Source: an uncultured Rhodobacteraceae bacterium
GTDB lineage: Bacteria > Pseudomonadota > Alphaproteobacteria > Rhodobacterales > Rhodobacteraceae
Direction of reading: 5' to 3'
DNA: 64,000 nucleotides
Assembly (NCBI GenBank): GCA_947501555.1
Contig: CANMWG010000002.1
Location: 8,224 to 72,223, forward strand
A model generated the notes under the pieces. It saw only the letters and a program-made list of their open reading frames with translations. It had not been told where the DNA came from and ran no database searches. Position 1 is the first letter of the stretch; every line of letters begins with the position of its first letter. Shown piece by piece: positions 36,350-46,040 of this stretch. The position numbers and the translations under genes are program-made.

Positions 36350-38815
36350 ATGACTGATTTTCCAAGTTCTGCACGCGTGGTCATCATTGGCGGCGGTGTT
36401 GTGGGAGTGTCCACCCTGTACCATCTCGCCAAGAAGGGTTGGACCGACTGCGTCTTGCTTGAAAAGAACGAACTAACCGCCGGATCCACGTGGCATGCTG
36501 CCGGGAACTGTCCGTCTTTCAGCACCTCTTGGGCCGTCATGAATATGCAGCGTTATTCGCTGGAGCTGTATAAGGGGTTGGCCGCAGAGGTGGACTACCC
36601 GATGAATTACCATGTCACCGGCTCCATCCGTCTTGCCCATTCCAAAGAGCGCATGCAAGAGTTTGCACGCGCCATGAGCATGGGCAATTATCAGGGCCTG
36701 AACCTGAAACTGATGACCCCGGATGAAGCCCAAGAGATATACCCCTTCCTAGAAACCCATGATCTAGAGGGTACGCTTTATGACCCCGATGACGGCGATA
36801 TCGATCCCGCCCAGCTGACCCAGGCCTTGGCCAAAGGTGCCCGTCAGATGGGCGCCAGGATCGAACGTTTCTGCCCCGCCACAGGTGTCACCCAGACCAG
36901 GGATGGCTGGATCGTACATACAGACAAGGGTGATATCGCTTGTGAAAAGGTCGTGAACGCGGGTGGATATTATGCCCAGCGCATCGGCGAATGGTTCAAG
37001 CCCTACGGCGGCCGCACCGTTCCGATGGTCACCATGTCCCACCAGTATTTCCTGACCGAGGAAATTCCCGAACTGAAGACGTGGACAGAAGCGCAGGGCC
37101 ACAAGGTGCCGCTGCTACGCGATGTCGATAGTTCATACTATCTGCGGCAGGATAAGAACGGCCTGAACCTTGGCCCCTATGAACGCAACTGCAAGGCGCA
37201 TTGGGTCACCCCCGACGATCCGCAACCAGATGATTTTAGCTTCCAACTGTACCCAGATGATCTGGAGCGGTTGGAGTGGTATATTGAGGATGCGATGGCC
37301 CGAGTGCCCCTGCTGGGCACCGCAGGTGTTGGCCGTGTCATCAACGGCCCGATCCCCTATGCCCCCGACGGTCTGCCTTTGATCGGGCCGATGCCCGGCG
37401 TCAAGAACGCCTATGAGGCCTGTGTCTTTACCTTTGGCATTACCCAAGGTGGCGGTGCTGGCAAGGTCGCTGCCGAATGGATCGTGGATGGTCAGACTGA
37501 GTGGGATATGTGGGCCTGCGACCCACGCCGCTTTACCGACTACACCGATTTTGATTATTGCCATCAAAAAGCGCTGGAGGTGTACGGCCACGAATACGGC
37601 ATGCATTTCCCGCATAAGGCTTGGCCTGCTGGCCGTGACAAAAAACTGTCCCCGGTTGATGACCGTATCCGCGCATTGGGCGGACAGATGGGTGCGTATA
37701 ACGGCTGGGAGCGCGCCAATTGGTACGCCAAGGATGGCGATGACACCGCATTGGACGCAACCGAGACATGGGAACGCGAAGGCCCATGGACCGTGCGTGT
37801 GAAAGAGGAATGCGAAGCTGTGCGCGATGCGGCAGGTATCCTCGATCTACCCGGATTTTCGCGGTATCGCCTGAAAGGTGACGGCGCTGCGGAATTCCTG
37901 CGTGGTCTTTGTACCGGCGGCATTCCCAAAATTGGCCGTATCGGGTTGGTCTATTTCGCCGACAGTCGTGGTCGCATCCAGACCGAAATGTCCGCCATGC
38001 GTCTGGATGAGGATTCCTTTTTCCTGATCACCGCTGCCAGTGCGCAATGGCATGACTTCGAATGGCTGCGTGATCATATGCCTGACGCTGCTGCGTTTAC
38101 GCTGGATGATGTCACGACAGACTTTTCGTGCCACATCCTGACGGGCCCGAAATCCCGCGAAATTCTGGCCGATTGTTCTGATGCCGACCTAAGCCTTGGT
38201 TGGTTGACCCATCAATCTGCCCAGATCGATGGCACTTGGGTACAGTTGGTGCGCGTATCTTTCGCAGGTGAGTTGGGGTGGGAAATTCATAGCCAGATTA
38301 CCGATACTGCCAAAGTATATGACACGGTGATGGCTGCAGGTGCCCCCCATGGTTTGCAACCTTTTGGCATGTTTGCCCTGAATTCCTTGAGGCTGGAAAA
38401 AGGGTACCGCGCGTGGAAGGGTGATCTGAGCACGGATTATTCTATGCTGCAGGGCGGGCTTGAACGCTTTGTCAAATTCGAAAAGCCGCAGGATTTCCCC
38501 GGCAGGGCCGCGATGTTGGCGGAAAAGCAGGCAGGTGTCACCAAGCGCTTTGTGACGCTGACCCTCGACGCCCCCGGTCCCGCTGATGCGCCTTATATGT
38601 CGACGATCTGGGCTGGTGATGCCGTTGTGGGCGAAACCACATCCGGTGGCTGGGGCTACCGCGTGAACAAGTCCATCGCTTTGGGGATGCTGCGCGCTGA
38701 TTTGGCCGTGGCCGGCACCAAGGTCGAAGTCGATATCTACGGCACACGCTACGCCGCCACCATTCATGAAGATCGCCCCCTGTGGGATCCCAATAACGAA
38801 CGTATCCGCGCATGA
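36350..38815 (+). CDS. FAD-dependent oxidoreductase fused to a GcvT-like aminomethyltransferase domain (dimethylglycine/sarcosine dehydrogenase family)
   Basis: 821 aa. N-terminal Rossmann VVIIGGGVVGVSTLYHLAK, then a C-terminal folate-binding GcvT-like domain (VSFAGELGWEIH). Confidence 0.88.
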   Translation: MTDFPSSARVVIIGGGVVGVSTLYHLAKKGWTDCVLLEKNELTAGSTWHAAGNCPSFSTSWAVMNMQRYSLELYKGLAAEVDYPMNYHVTGSIRLAHSKERMQEFARAMSMGNYQGLNLKLMTPDEAQEIYPFLETHDLEGTLYDPDDGDIDPAQLTQALAKGARQMGARIERFCPATGVTQTRDGWIVHTDKGDIACEKVVNAGGYYAQRIGEWFKPYGGRTVPMVTMSHQYFLTEEIPELKTWTEAQGHKVPLLRDVDSSYYLRQDKNGLNLGPYERNCKAHWVTPDDPQPDDFSFQLYPDDLERLEWYIEDAMARVPLLGTAGVGRVINGPIPYAPDGLPLIGPMPGVKNAYEACVFTFGITQGGGAGKVAAEWIVDGQTEWDMWACDPRRFTDYTDFDYCHQKALEVYGHEYGMHFPHKAWPAGRDKKLSPVDDRIRALGGQMGAYNGWERANWYAKDGDDTALDATETWEREGPWTVRVKEECEAVRDAAGILDLPGFSRYRLKGDGAAEFLRGLCTGGIPKIGRIGLVYFADSRGRIQTEMSAMRLDEDSFFLITAASAQWHDFEWLRDHMPDAAAFTLDDVTTDFSCHILTGPKSREILADCSDADLSLGWLTHQSAQIDGTWVQLVRVSFAGELGWEIHSQITDTAKVYDTVMAAGAPHGLQPFGMFALNSLRLEKGYRAWKGDLSTDYSMLQGGLERFVKFEKPQDFPGRAAMLAEKQAGVTKRFVTLTLDAPGPADAPYMSTIWAGDAVVGETTSGGWGYRVNKSIALGMLRADLAVAGTKVEVDIYGTRYAATIHEDRPLWDPNNERIRA

Positions 38816-39684
38816 CCCAAATCACCCTGATGGATGGTGGAATGGGTCAGGAATTGATCCGGCGCGCGGGCGACGCGCCGACACCGCTTTGGTCAACCCA
38901 AGTCATGGTCGATCATCCCGGTCTTGTGGCCGCAGTCCATGCCGACTTCCGTGCGGCTGGTGCCACGGTGCATGTGGCCAACACATATGCCATTCATCGC
39001 GACAGGCTGGTGGGCACAGCATTGGAAGACCAGTTTGAAGCGCTGCATCTGACTGCCTTGAAAGAGGCCGCAGCGTCCGGCCGCGTTGCCGGGTCCTTGG
39101 GCCCCTTGGGGGCGTCTTACCGTCCCGATATTCATCCCACACATGATGTGGCCGTCCCGCTTTACGCCGAGATCGCCCAGATCATGGCCCCCCATGTTGA
39201 CCTACTGATCTGCGAAACCGTAGCCTCAGTAGCCCATGCCCAAGCCGCCCTTGCCGGGGCTTCGACTAGTGGCAAACCGGTTTGGATGGCGCTAACCGTG
39301 CAGGATACCGATGGTCGTCTGCTACGGTCGGGCGAGCCTTTGGCGGATGTTTTGCCCTTTATGGACGATGCCGCCGCCGTGCTGGCCAATTGCGCCGCGC
39401 CTGAGGCGATGGCGGCTGCCGTCGATGTACTGGCGACAAGTGGCAAGCCCTTTGGTGCTTTTGCCAATGGGTTTACCCAAATCACAGGCGATTTCTTGCA
39501 GGACAAACCAACCGTGGCCAGCCTGCAATCGCGGGAAGATCTCAGCCCGGAAACCTACGCTGAGTTTGCCCTTGGCTGGATCGATCAGGGTGCCACGATT
39601 GTCGGCGGATGCTGCGAAGTTGGCCCCGCCCATATCGCGAAGCTGGCTGAAACCATCCGCGCGGCTGGGCATGAGATTGTCTAG
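38812..39684 (+). CDS. Homocysteine S-methyltransferase family protein (candidate betaine-homocysteine methyltransferase)
   Basis: 290 aa. LMDGGMGQEL, NTYA, and a C-terminal GGCCEVGPAHI zinc-site motif. Its start overlaps the upstream stop (ATGA). Confidence 0.82.
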   Translation: MTQITLMDGGMGQELIRRAGDAPTPLWSTQVMVDHPGLVAAVHADFRAAGATVHVANTYAIHRDRLVGTALEDQFEALHLTALKEAAASGRVAGSLGPLGASYRPDIHPTHDVAVPLYAEIAQIMAPHVDLLICETVASVAHAQAALAGASTSGKPVWMALTVQDTDGRLLRSGEPLADVLPFMDDAAAVLANCAAPEAMAAAVDVLATSGKPFGAFANGFTQITGDFLQDKPTVASLQSREDLSPETYAEFALGWIDQGATIVGGCCEVGPAHIAKLAETIRAAGHEIV

Positions 39685-39687
39685 CTG

Positions 39688-40632
39688 ATGGCCGCACAAA
39701 CGACCTTTGACATCTTTGTCGCGGACGGTTTTGTGCTGACTGAACTTGCGGGTGTCGTTGATGTGCTGCGCCTGAGTAACCGTATCAGTGGCAAGCCATT
39801 GTTTGACTGGCATTACCGGTCTGCGCGCGGCGGCCCGGTGTCCACGATCTGCGATGCTGTGATCCAAACCACCCCGTTAGAGCCCCGCCCGGACGCGGAT
39901 TACTTGTTTGTCTTGGGCAACGCCTACCCGGATTGTCCTGACCTATCGTTGGGGCCAGCACTGGCCGCCTATACCAGCAGGCAGGCCTGTGTCGTGTTGC
40001 TGGCCGAAGCCGCGAGCCGCTATATCGCGGAGGCCGGCAAGGATTGCGACAAACACACAACCCATTGGGAAAACCGGGCCGTTCTAGTTGAAAAACACGG
40101 GCTGTTTGATACCAAAACCGCCCTGGTAGTGGATGCTGGATCAATCATCACCGCCGCCGGGATGGAGACCACCTTTGATCTGACCCTCACCTTGGCCAGC
40201 CGCAGTGTGTCGTCGGCCACCATGATGACCGTCGCAGATGTTTTGCTGCATGAACGCATCCGCCATTACAACACGTTGCAGCCTTTCGCGGGCCGGTCTG
40301 TACTGGCCACAGGGGATAGCGCGTTGGACCAGGTGATTGCCCTGATGCAGGCGAACATTGAATTTCCTCTGCCAATCAACGAAATCGCCGCACAGACCAA
40401 TCTGTCAAAGCGGTCCCTTGAGCGCAAGTTCAACCGTAATCTGGGGGCGACCCCAAACGGTTATTACCGCGCATTGCGCCTGAACAAGGCCAATAATCTG
40501 CTGCTGAACACAGACATGAAAATCAACGAAATCGGGTTGGCTTGTGGGTTTCCCAGCGGTTTCACCACGATTTATCGCGACACATTTGGCATGACTCCCA
40601 ATGCCGCACGTAAGAAAGGCCGCTTGAAATGA
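39688..40632 (+). CDS. GlxA-family (DJ-1/PfpI-like N-terminal domain plus AraC HTH) transcriptional regulator, GbdR-like
   Basis: 314 aa. C-terminal AraC HTH (INEIAAQTNLSKRSLERKF...INEIGLACGFPSGFTTIYRDTFGMTP). Confidence 0.85.
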   Translation: MAAQTTFDIFVADGFVLTELAGVVDVLRLSNRISGKPLFDWHYRSARGGPVSTICDAVIQTTPLEPRPDADYLFVLGNAYPDCPDLSLGPALAAYTSRQACVVLLAEAASRYIAEAGKDCDKHTTHWENRAVLVEKHGLFDTKTALVVDAGSIITAAGMETTFDLTLTLASRSVSSATMMTVADVLLHERIRHYNTLQPFAGRSVLATGDSALDQVIALMQANIEFPLPINEIAAQTNLSKRSLERKFNRNLGATPNGYYRALRLNKANNLLLNTDMKINEIGLACGFPSGFTTIYRDTFGMTPNAARKKGRLK

Positions 40633-43073
40633 TCCCTTCTTCTGCCCGCGTTGTCATCATTGGCGGCGGTGTTATTGGTTGCTCGGTCGCCTATCATCTG
40701 GCCAAGCTTGGTTGGAAAGATGTTGTGTTGCTGGAACGCAAGCAGCTGACCTCTGGTACCACATGGCATGCCGCGGGTCTGATCGCGCAGCTACGCGCGA
40801 CGGCGAATATGACGAAGTTGGCCAAGTATTCCCAGGAACTCTACGGCAATCTGGAGGCGGAAACGGGTGTTGCCACAGGCTTTAAGCGCTGCGGGTCCAT
40901 CACCGTTGCTTTGACCGAAGAACGCCGCGAAGAAATTTACCGGCAGGCCGCCATGGCCCGTGCCTTTGGCGTGGAGGTCGAAGAGATTTCGCCGGGTGAG
41001 GTGAAGGCCCGCTACGAACATCTGAATATCGAGGGTGTCACTGCCGGTGTGTATCTGCCCCTTGATGGGCAAGGTGATCCGGCAAATATCACCTTGGCCT
41101 TGGCCAAAGGTGCCCGGCAAAACGGGGCCTTGATCGCAGAGCGTACCAAGGTGACGGCCATCAACCGCGATGGTCGCCGCGTGACCTCGGTGGATTGGGC
41201 AACGGCCGATGAAACCGGCACAATTGCCTGCGATATGGTCGTGAATTGTGCGGGTATGTGGGGCCATGAAGTGGGCCGTATGGCAGGTGTAAATGTGCCG
41301 CTACATGCGTGTGAGCATTTCTATATTGTGACCGAGGCGATCAAGGGCCTGACCCAGATGCCGGTGCTGCGGGTGCCCGACGAATGCGCCTATTACAAGG
41401 AAGATGCGGGCAAAATACTGCTGGGTGCCTTTGAGCCGAACGCGAAACCTTGGGCGATGGATGGTATCCCGGAGGATTTTGAATTCGATCAACTGCCCGA
41501 GGATTTCGATCACTTTGAGCCGATCCTTGAGGCCGCCGTTGAACGGATGCCCATGTTGGCTGAGGCGGGCATTCATACGTTCTTTAATGGCCCCGAGAGC
41601 TTTACCCCCGACGACGCCTATCACCTCGGGCTGGCCCCTGAGATGGATAATGTCTGGGTGGCGGCTGGCTTTAACTCCATCGGGATTCAATCCGCAGGTG
41701 GCGCTGGTATGGCCCTGTCGCAGTGGATGGATGCGGGCGAAAAACCCTTTGATTTGGGTGACGTGGATATCAACCGGATGCAGCCATTTCAGGGCAACAA
41801 GACCTATCTGTTTGAACGGTCCAAGGAAACACTGGGCCTGCTTTATGCGGACCATTTCCCGTTTCGCCAAAAGGCAACGGCCCGTGGCATCCGCCGCACG
41901 CCGTTCCATCAGCATCTGTTGGACAATGGCGCAGTGATGGGTGAATTGGCCGGTTGGGAACGGGCCAATTGGTTTGCCGACGCAGGCCAGACGCCTGCCT
42001 ATGACTATTCGTGGAAACGGCAGAATTTCTTTGGCAATGTCGCCGCAGAGGTCAACGCGATCCGCACCAATGTCGGCATGTATGATATGTCGTCATTCGG
42101 CAAAATCCGCGTTGAAGGGCGCGATGCCATGGCCTTTATGAACCACATTGGCGGCGGCGATTATGACGTGCCCGTTGGCAAGATCGTCTATACCCAATTC
42201 CTGAATGCCAAGGCCGGGATTGAAGCCGATGTGACCGTCACCCGGATATCTGAACTATGCTATCTGGTCGTCACCCCTGCGGCGACCCGACTGGCCGATC
42301 AGGTCTGGATGCAGCGCCATATCGGTGATTTCAACGTTGTGATTACGGATGTCACCGCTGGCGAAGGGGTCTTGGCCGTGATGGGCCCGAACTGCCGCGC
42401 CTTGTTGGAAAAGGTCTCACCCGCCGATTTTTCCAATGCCCATAACCCCTTTGGCACTGCCCAAGAGATTGAGATCGGGATGGGTCTGGCCCGTGTTCAC
42501 CGCGTCACTTACGTGGGCGAGCTGGGGTGGGAGGTTTATGTATCCTCGGATATGTCCGCCCATGTATTTGAAACGCTGCATGCGGCTGGGCAAGACATGG
42601 GGCTGAAGCTTTGCGGGATGCATATGATGGATGCGGCCCGGATGGAAAAGGGATTCCGGCATTTTGGCCATGACATCACGGCTGAGGATCATGTTTTGGA
42701 AGCAGGGCTTGGCTTTGCGGTCAAAATGGACAAGCCGAGCTTCATCGGACGCGACGCAATGCTGCGTAAGCGCGAAAAGGGGCTGGAACGGCGCTTGGTG
42801 CAGTTCAAACTGACCGATCCGGAACCGCTGCTTTATCACAACGAACCTGTCCTACGGGATGGCGAGGTCGTTGGGTATCTGTCCTCGGGCGGCTATGGGC
42901 ATCATCTGGGGACCGCTCTGGGCATGGGCTATGTCCCCTGCGTCGCACCTGGCGAGAAGGCCGCGGATATGTTGGCCAGCACCTATGAGATTGACATCAT
43001 GGGCACGCGCGTGAGGGCCGAGGCGCAACTGAAACCGTTTTACGATCCAACCGGTGCTCGCGCCAAGGCCTGA
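40629..43073 (+). CDS. FAD-dependent oxidoreductase fused to a GcvT-like domain (second dimethylglycine/sarcosine dehydrogenase family paralogue)
   Basis: 814 aa. VVIIGGGVIGCSVAYHLAK and VTYVGELGWEVY. Its start overlaps the regulator stop. Confidence 0.88.
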   Translation: MIPSSARVVIIGGGVIGCSVAYHLAKLGWKDVVLLERKQLTSGTTWHAAGLIAQLRATANMTKLAKYSQELYGNLEAETGVATGFKRCGSITVALTEERREEIYRQAAMARAFGVEVEEISPGEVKARYEHLNIEGVTAGVYLPLDGQGDPANITLALAKGARQNGALIAERTKVTAINRDGRRVTSVDWATADETGTIACDMVVNCAGMWGHEVGRMAGVNVPLHACEHFYIVTEAIKGLTQMPVLRVPDECAYYKEDAGKILLGAFEPNAKPWAMDGIPEDFEFDQLPEDFDHFEPILEAAVERMPMLAEAGIHTFFNGPESFTPDDAYHLGLAPEMDNVWVAAGFNSIGIQSAGGAGMALSQWMDAGEKPFDLGDVDINRMQPFQGNKTYLFERSKETLGLLYADHFPFRQKATARGIRRTPFHQHLLDNGAVMGELAGWERANWFADAGQTPAYDYSWKRQNFFGNVAAEVNAIRTNVGMYDMSSFGKIRVEGRDAMAFMNHIGGGDYDVPVGKIVYTQFLNAKAGIEADVTVTRISELCYLVVTPAATRLADQVWMQRHIGDFNVVITDVTAGEGVLAVMGPNCRALLEKVSPADFSNAHNPFGTAQEIEIGMGLARVHRVTYVGELGWEVYVSSDMSAHVFETLHAAGQDMGLKLCGMHMMDAARMEKGFRHFGHDITAEDHVLEAGLGFAVKMDKPSFIGRDAMLRKREKGLERRLVQFKLTDPEPLLYHNEPVLRDGEVVGYLSSGGYGHHLGTALGMGYVPCVAPGEKAADMLASTYEIDIMGTRVRAEAQLKPFYDPTGARAKA

Positions 43074-44167
43074 TGTTCAGACCTTGGTGTGTTAATGGTC
43101 AGCGCCAGCGATAAGCCACTTTCCCTGTTTTCATGATGTATGACCCCACCCAGCATGCAAACACATTGGGCGATCAATCGGCTGCCAAATCCGGTTTCAA
43201 CGAGGGGTTTCAGCGGAAGTTTCCCGCAGTCTTCGTCCCAATCCATGCGGATGGTATCGCCTGTTCCTTTTGTGATCTTAATCGTCAATATGCCGCCACG
43301 GACACCCAAAGCCCCATACTTGGCGGCGTTTGTCGTCAACTCGTAGATCATCATGGACAGCGACCCAGCCAAGCGCGGATGGATCATGAAGGATGGGTCT
43401 GACTGCAGATCAACGGTGCAGTCCGGGTTGATCCCATCCTGCGTCCAAGGCGCGAGCGCCACTTCAAACAAGGCGTTCACAGGTACGGGGGCGTCCGGCA
43501 TATCACTGTCGCGTGCCAGTTTGGCCGAGATCACATGGGCGCTTGCCATTGCCTCGAGCTGACGCCGCAAACCGTCGGCAAAGGTCTCTTTTGTGCCATC
43601 GGCCCGGAGGCCGAGGTTGATCAACGCCCGAATGAGGGCAAAGGCGTTCTTGACCCGGTGGTCCATTTCCGCGGCCATCAGCGCGCTTTGCTCTTCGCGT
43701 TGTTTTTGCGCTGTAATGTCCCAATTGACGACAATCATGCGGGTGGGATTGCCCTGTGCATCACGTTCGGTGACATTTCCCCGACCTGACAACCAACGAT
43801 AAGTTTGCGCGCCTGTCAGAGGGTCTGTCAACGGTTCTCGGAATTCCGATGTAAAGACAGTGTTTTCGTCAATAGCACTTTGGACATCGGCCAACATAGG
43901 TTGCAGATCTTCTGGGTGGATCGTGCCAAAAACGTCGTCTTGACCCCAAGGCTGCGCATCATAATCGAGGCCAAAGAAACCCGCCATCAGCCGGTCGCCG
44001 CTGACCTGCTTTTCCGTCATGTCCCAAGACCAGCTGCCTATATGCCCCGCATCAAGCGCCAAAAGCGCGCGGTTTGCTGCCTCAGGAGTGTCATATTGCG
44101 CCAGGCGTTCACGAAATCCATCATCGGCAACGCCTGTCGGCGATTGTGGCCCTGGCGGAATTTGCAT
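43040..44167 (-). CDS. PAS-domain HWE/HisKA_2-type sensor histidine kinase
   Basis: PAS region, an H-box EMDHRVKNAFALIRALI, and a C-terminal ATPase domain. The start is ambiguous: ATGs at 44212 and 44197 overlap the response regulator, and 44167 is chosen. The stop overlaps the convergent gene end by 34 nt. Confidence 0.85.
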   Translation of the reverse strand: MQIPPGPQSPTGVADDGFRERLAQYDTPEAANRALLALDAGHIGSWSWDMTEKQVSGDRLMAGFFGLDYDAQPWGQDDVFGTIHPEDLQPMLADVQSAIDENTVFTSEFREPLTDPLTGAQTYRWLSGRGNVTERDAQGNPTRMIVVNWDITAQKQREEQSALMAAEMDHRVKNAFALIRALINLGLRADGTKETFADGLRRQLEAMASAHVISAKLARDSDMPDAPVPVNALFEVALAPWTQDGINPDCTVDLQSDPSFMIHPRLAGSLSMMIYELTTNAAKYGALGVRGGILTIKITKGTGDTIRMDWDEDCGKLPLKPLVETGFGSRLIAQCVCMLGGVIHHENRESGLSLALTINTPRSEHQALARAPVGS

Positions 44168-44177
44168 CACGTGTGCT

Positions 44178-44525
44178 TCATAACGGCACGATCGCATTCT
44201 GTTTGATCGCATCGATCAGCACTTGCTCTTGCGCGGGTTTCACCAGGGCGACCGCGTCCGGGAACAGGGTTTTTGCTGTACTAGACTCGGCATTGCCGGA
44301 ATGAAATATGATCGGGATGCGCGACTTTGACAAACGCTCCGCAACCGGGAACACCTCTCCGTCGGGGAGACGGATGTCGAGAACTGCAGCGTCATAGCTA
44401 TTCTCGCTCAGTTCCAACCCTTCGCGCACTGATGCTGCCGTGACAACCGTCGCGCCTGCCTCTTCGAGGATTGTCTTCAAATCCAAAAGGATCAGAAAAT
44501 CATCTTCGACGAGAAATATGTCCAA
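44178..44525 (-). CDS. Single-domain response regulator (receiver only)
   Basis: 115 aa. VEDD acidic pocket, phospho-acceptor LDIRLPDG, and conserved Lys in LVKP. Confidence 0.85.
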   Translation of the reverse strand: MDIFLVEDDFLILLDLKTILEEAGATVVTAASVREGLELSENSYDAAVLDIRLPDGEVFPVAERLSKSRIPIIFHSGNAESSTAKTLFPDAVALVKPAQEQVLIDAIKQNAIVPL

Positions 44526-44677
44526 CCCACTGAGGATCCCAAGCGCCCTTTTGATACGAATCAGTCATCGTTCTTCGTTGTCCCACAGCAACTAAGGGTT
44601 GATCAATTGAATTATGACCACCCTTAAATTGTATATGTTACCAACTGACTGACAAAGCGCGTTAAATTTGCCCCGGA

Positions 44678-46027
44678 TTATTGGTTGTTCAAACGGGTCG
44701 GTCCCAGCGCGTTCAGGCCTTTGAGAATATCGATAGCATAGGCCAGCTGATAATCATCTTCCCGCAGCTGTGCAGCGGTTTCAGCCCGCGCCCGATCTTC
44801 TTCGATCTGCAGGATTTCATCCTCAGTCAGGCTGTCATTGTCCAATGATCCACGCAGCCCAGCTTCGGTCCGCTGGCGTGGTGTCTCTTCTTCCTCAGCC
44901 TCATCTGCTGCGTCAGTTGGGCGCGGTTGTTCGACAATAATATCCGGCGAAATGCCCAAGGATTGGATCGAACGGCCCGACGGCGTGTAATAACGTGCTG
45001 TCGTCAACCGCATTGCCCCGTCACCCTGGACCGGCAGTACGGTTTGCACAGACCCTTTCCCAAAGGAATTGGTACCAATCACGATAGCGCGCCGGTGATC
45101 CTGCAACGCACCCGCCACGATTTCAGAGGCCGAAGCCGATCCACCGTTGATCAACACCACAATGGGTTTGCCTTCCGCCAGATCGCCCGGTGACGCATTG
45201 AACCGGTCCCCATCAGATGGATCACGTCCGCGCGTTGAGACAATCTCGCCTGCGTCAAGGAATGCATCCGACACAAAGATCGCTTGATTTAACAGACCAC
45301 CTGGGTTGTTGCGCAAGTCCAGCACAACGCCGTCGATATTGTCGATCCCGCCGGCAGCTTCGATCTGCTCGGCGATCCCGGACTCAAGGTTCGGCAATGT
45401 TTGATCGTTGAACGTGCTGATCCGCAGCACAACCGCATTCCCTTCGGTCCGCGAGCGCACAGCTGTCAGTTTGATCGTGTCGCGGATGATGGATACATCA
45501 AACGGTTCGGTTTCCCCTTCGCGCACGACGGTGATGATAATCTCTGCCCCGACAGGCCCGCGCATCAATGACACGGCATCGTCCAATGTCAGCCCCAGAA
45601 CGCTTTCGCCATCAACAGCTGTGATAAAATCACCGGCCAAAATCCCAGCCGCATCTGCCGGTGTACCATCCATGGGTGAGACGACTTTGACAAAGCCCTC
45701 TTCCTGCGTAACTTCGATACCAAGTCCGCCAAATTCGCCCGAGGTGCTCACCCGCATGGCCGCTGCGGCCTCAGCCGACAGATAGCTCGAGTGTGGGTCA
45801 AGCGAAGTCAGCATGCCGTTGATGGCCGCCTCGATCAATTCCTTGTCGTCGACTTCCTGCACATATTCGGCCCGAATACGTTCAAAGATGTCGCCAAACA
45901 GATCAAGCTGCTCATAGACATTGCTTGTCGCCCGCGCCTCTTGTGCCAGCAAGGGGCCCGCAATTTGGCTGGTCGCCGCAAGTCCAAGCACTGCGCCGCC
46001 TACAGCGGCCAATATTGTCTTCTTCAT
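44678..46027 (-). CDS. ctpA: S41 family carboxyl-terminal processing peptidase
   Basis: Signal MKKTILAAVGGAVLGLAATSQ, a PDZ domain (GGLGIEV...SPMDGTPADAAGILAGD), catalytic INGGSASASEIVAGALQD and GTNSFGKGSVQ. Confidence 0.92.
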   Translation of the reverse strand: MKKTILAAVGGAVLGLAATSQIAGPLLAQEARATSNVYEQLDLFGDIFERIRAEYVQEVDDKELIEAAINGMLTSLDPHSSYLSAEAAAAMRVSTSGEFGGLGIEVTQEEGFVKVVSPMDGTPADAAGILAGDFITAVDGESVLGLTLDDAVSLMRGPVGAEIIITVVREGETEPFDVSIIRDTIKLTAVRSRTEGNAVVLRISTFNDQTLPNLESGIAEQIEAAGGIDNIDGVVLDLRNNPGGLLNQAIFVSDAFLDAGEIVSTRGRDPSDGDRFNASPGDLAEGKPIVVLINGGSASASEIVAGALQDHRRAIVIGTNSFGKGSVQTVLPVQGDGAMRLTTARYYTPSGRSIQSLGISPDIIVEQPRPTDAADEAEEEETPRQRTEAGLRGSLDNDSLTEDEILQIEEDRARAETAAQLREDDYQLAYAIDILKGLNALGPTRLNNQ

Positions 46028-46040
46028 AACGTATCCTTGT

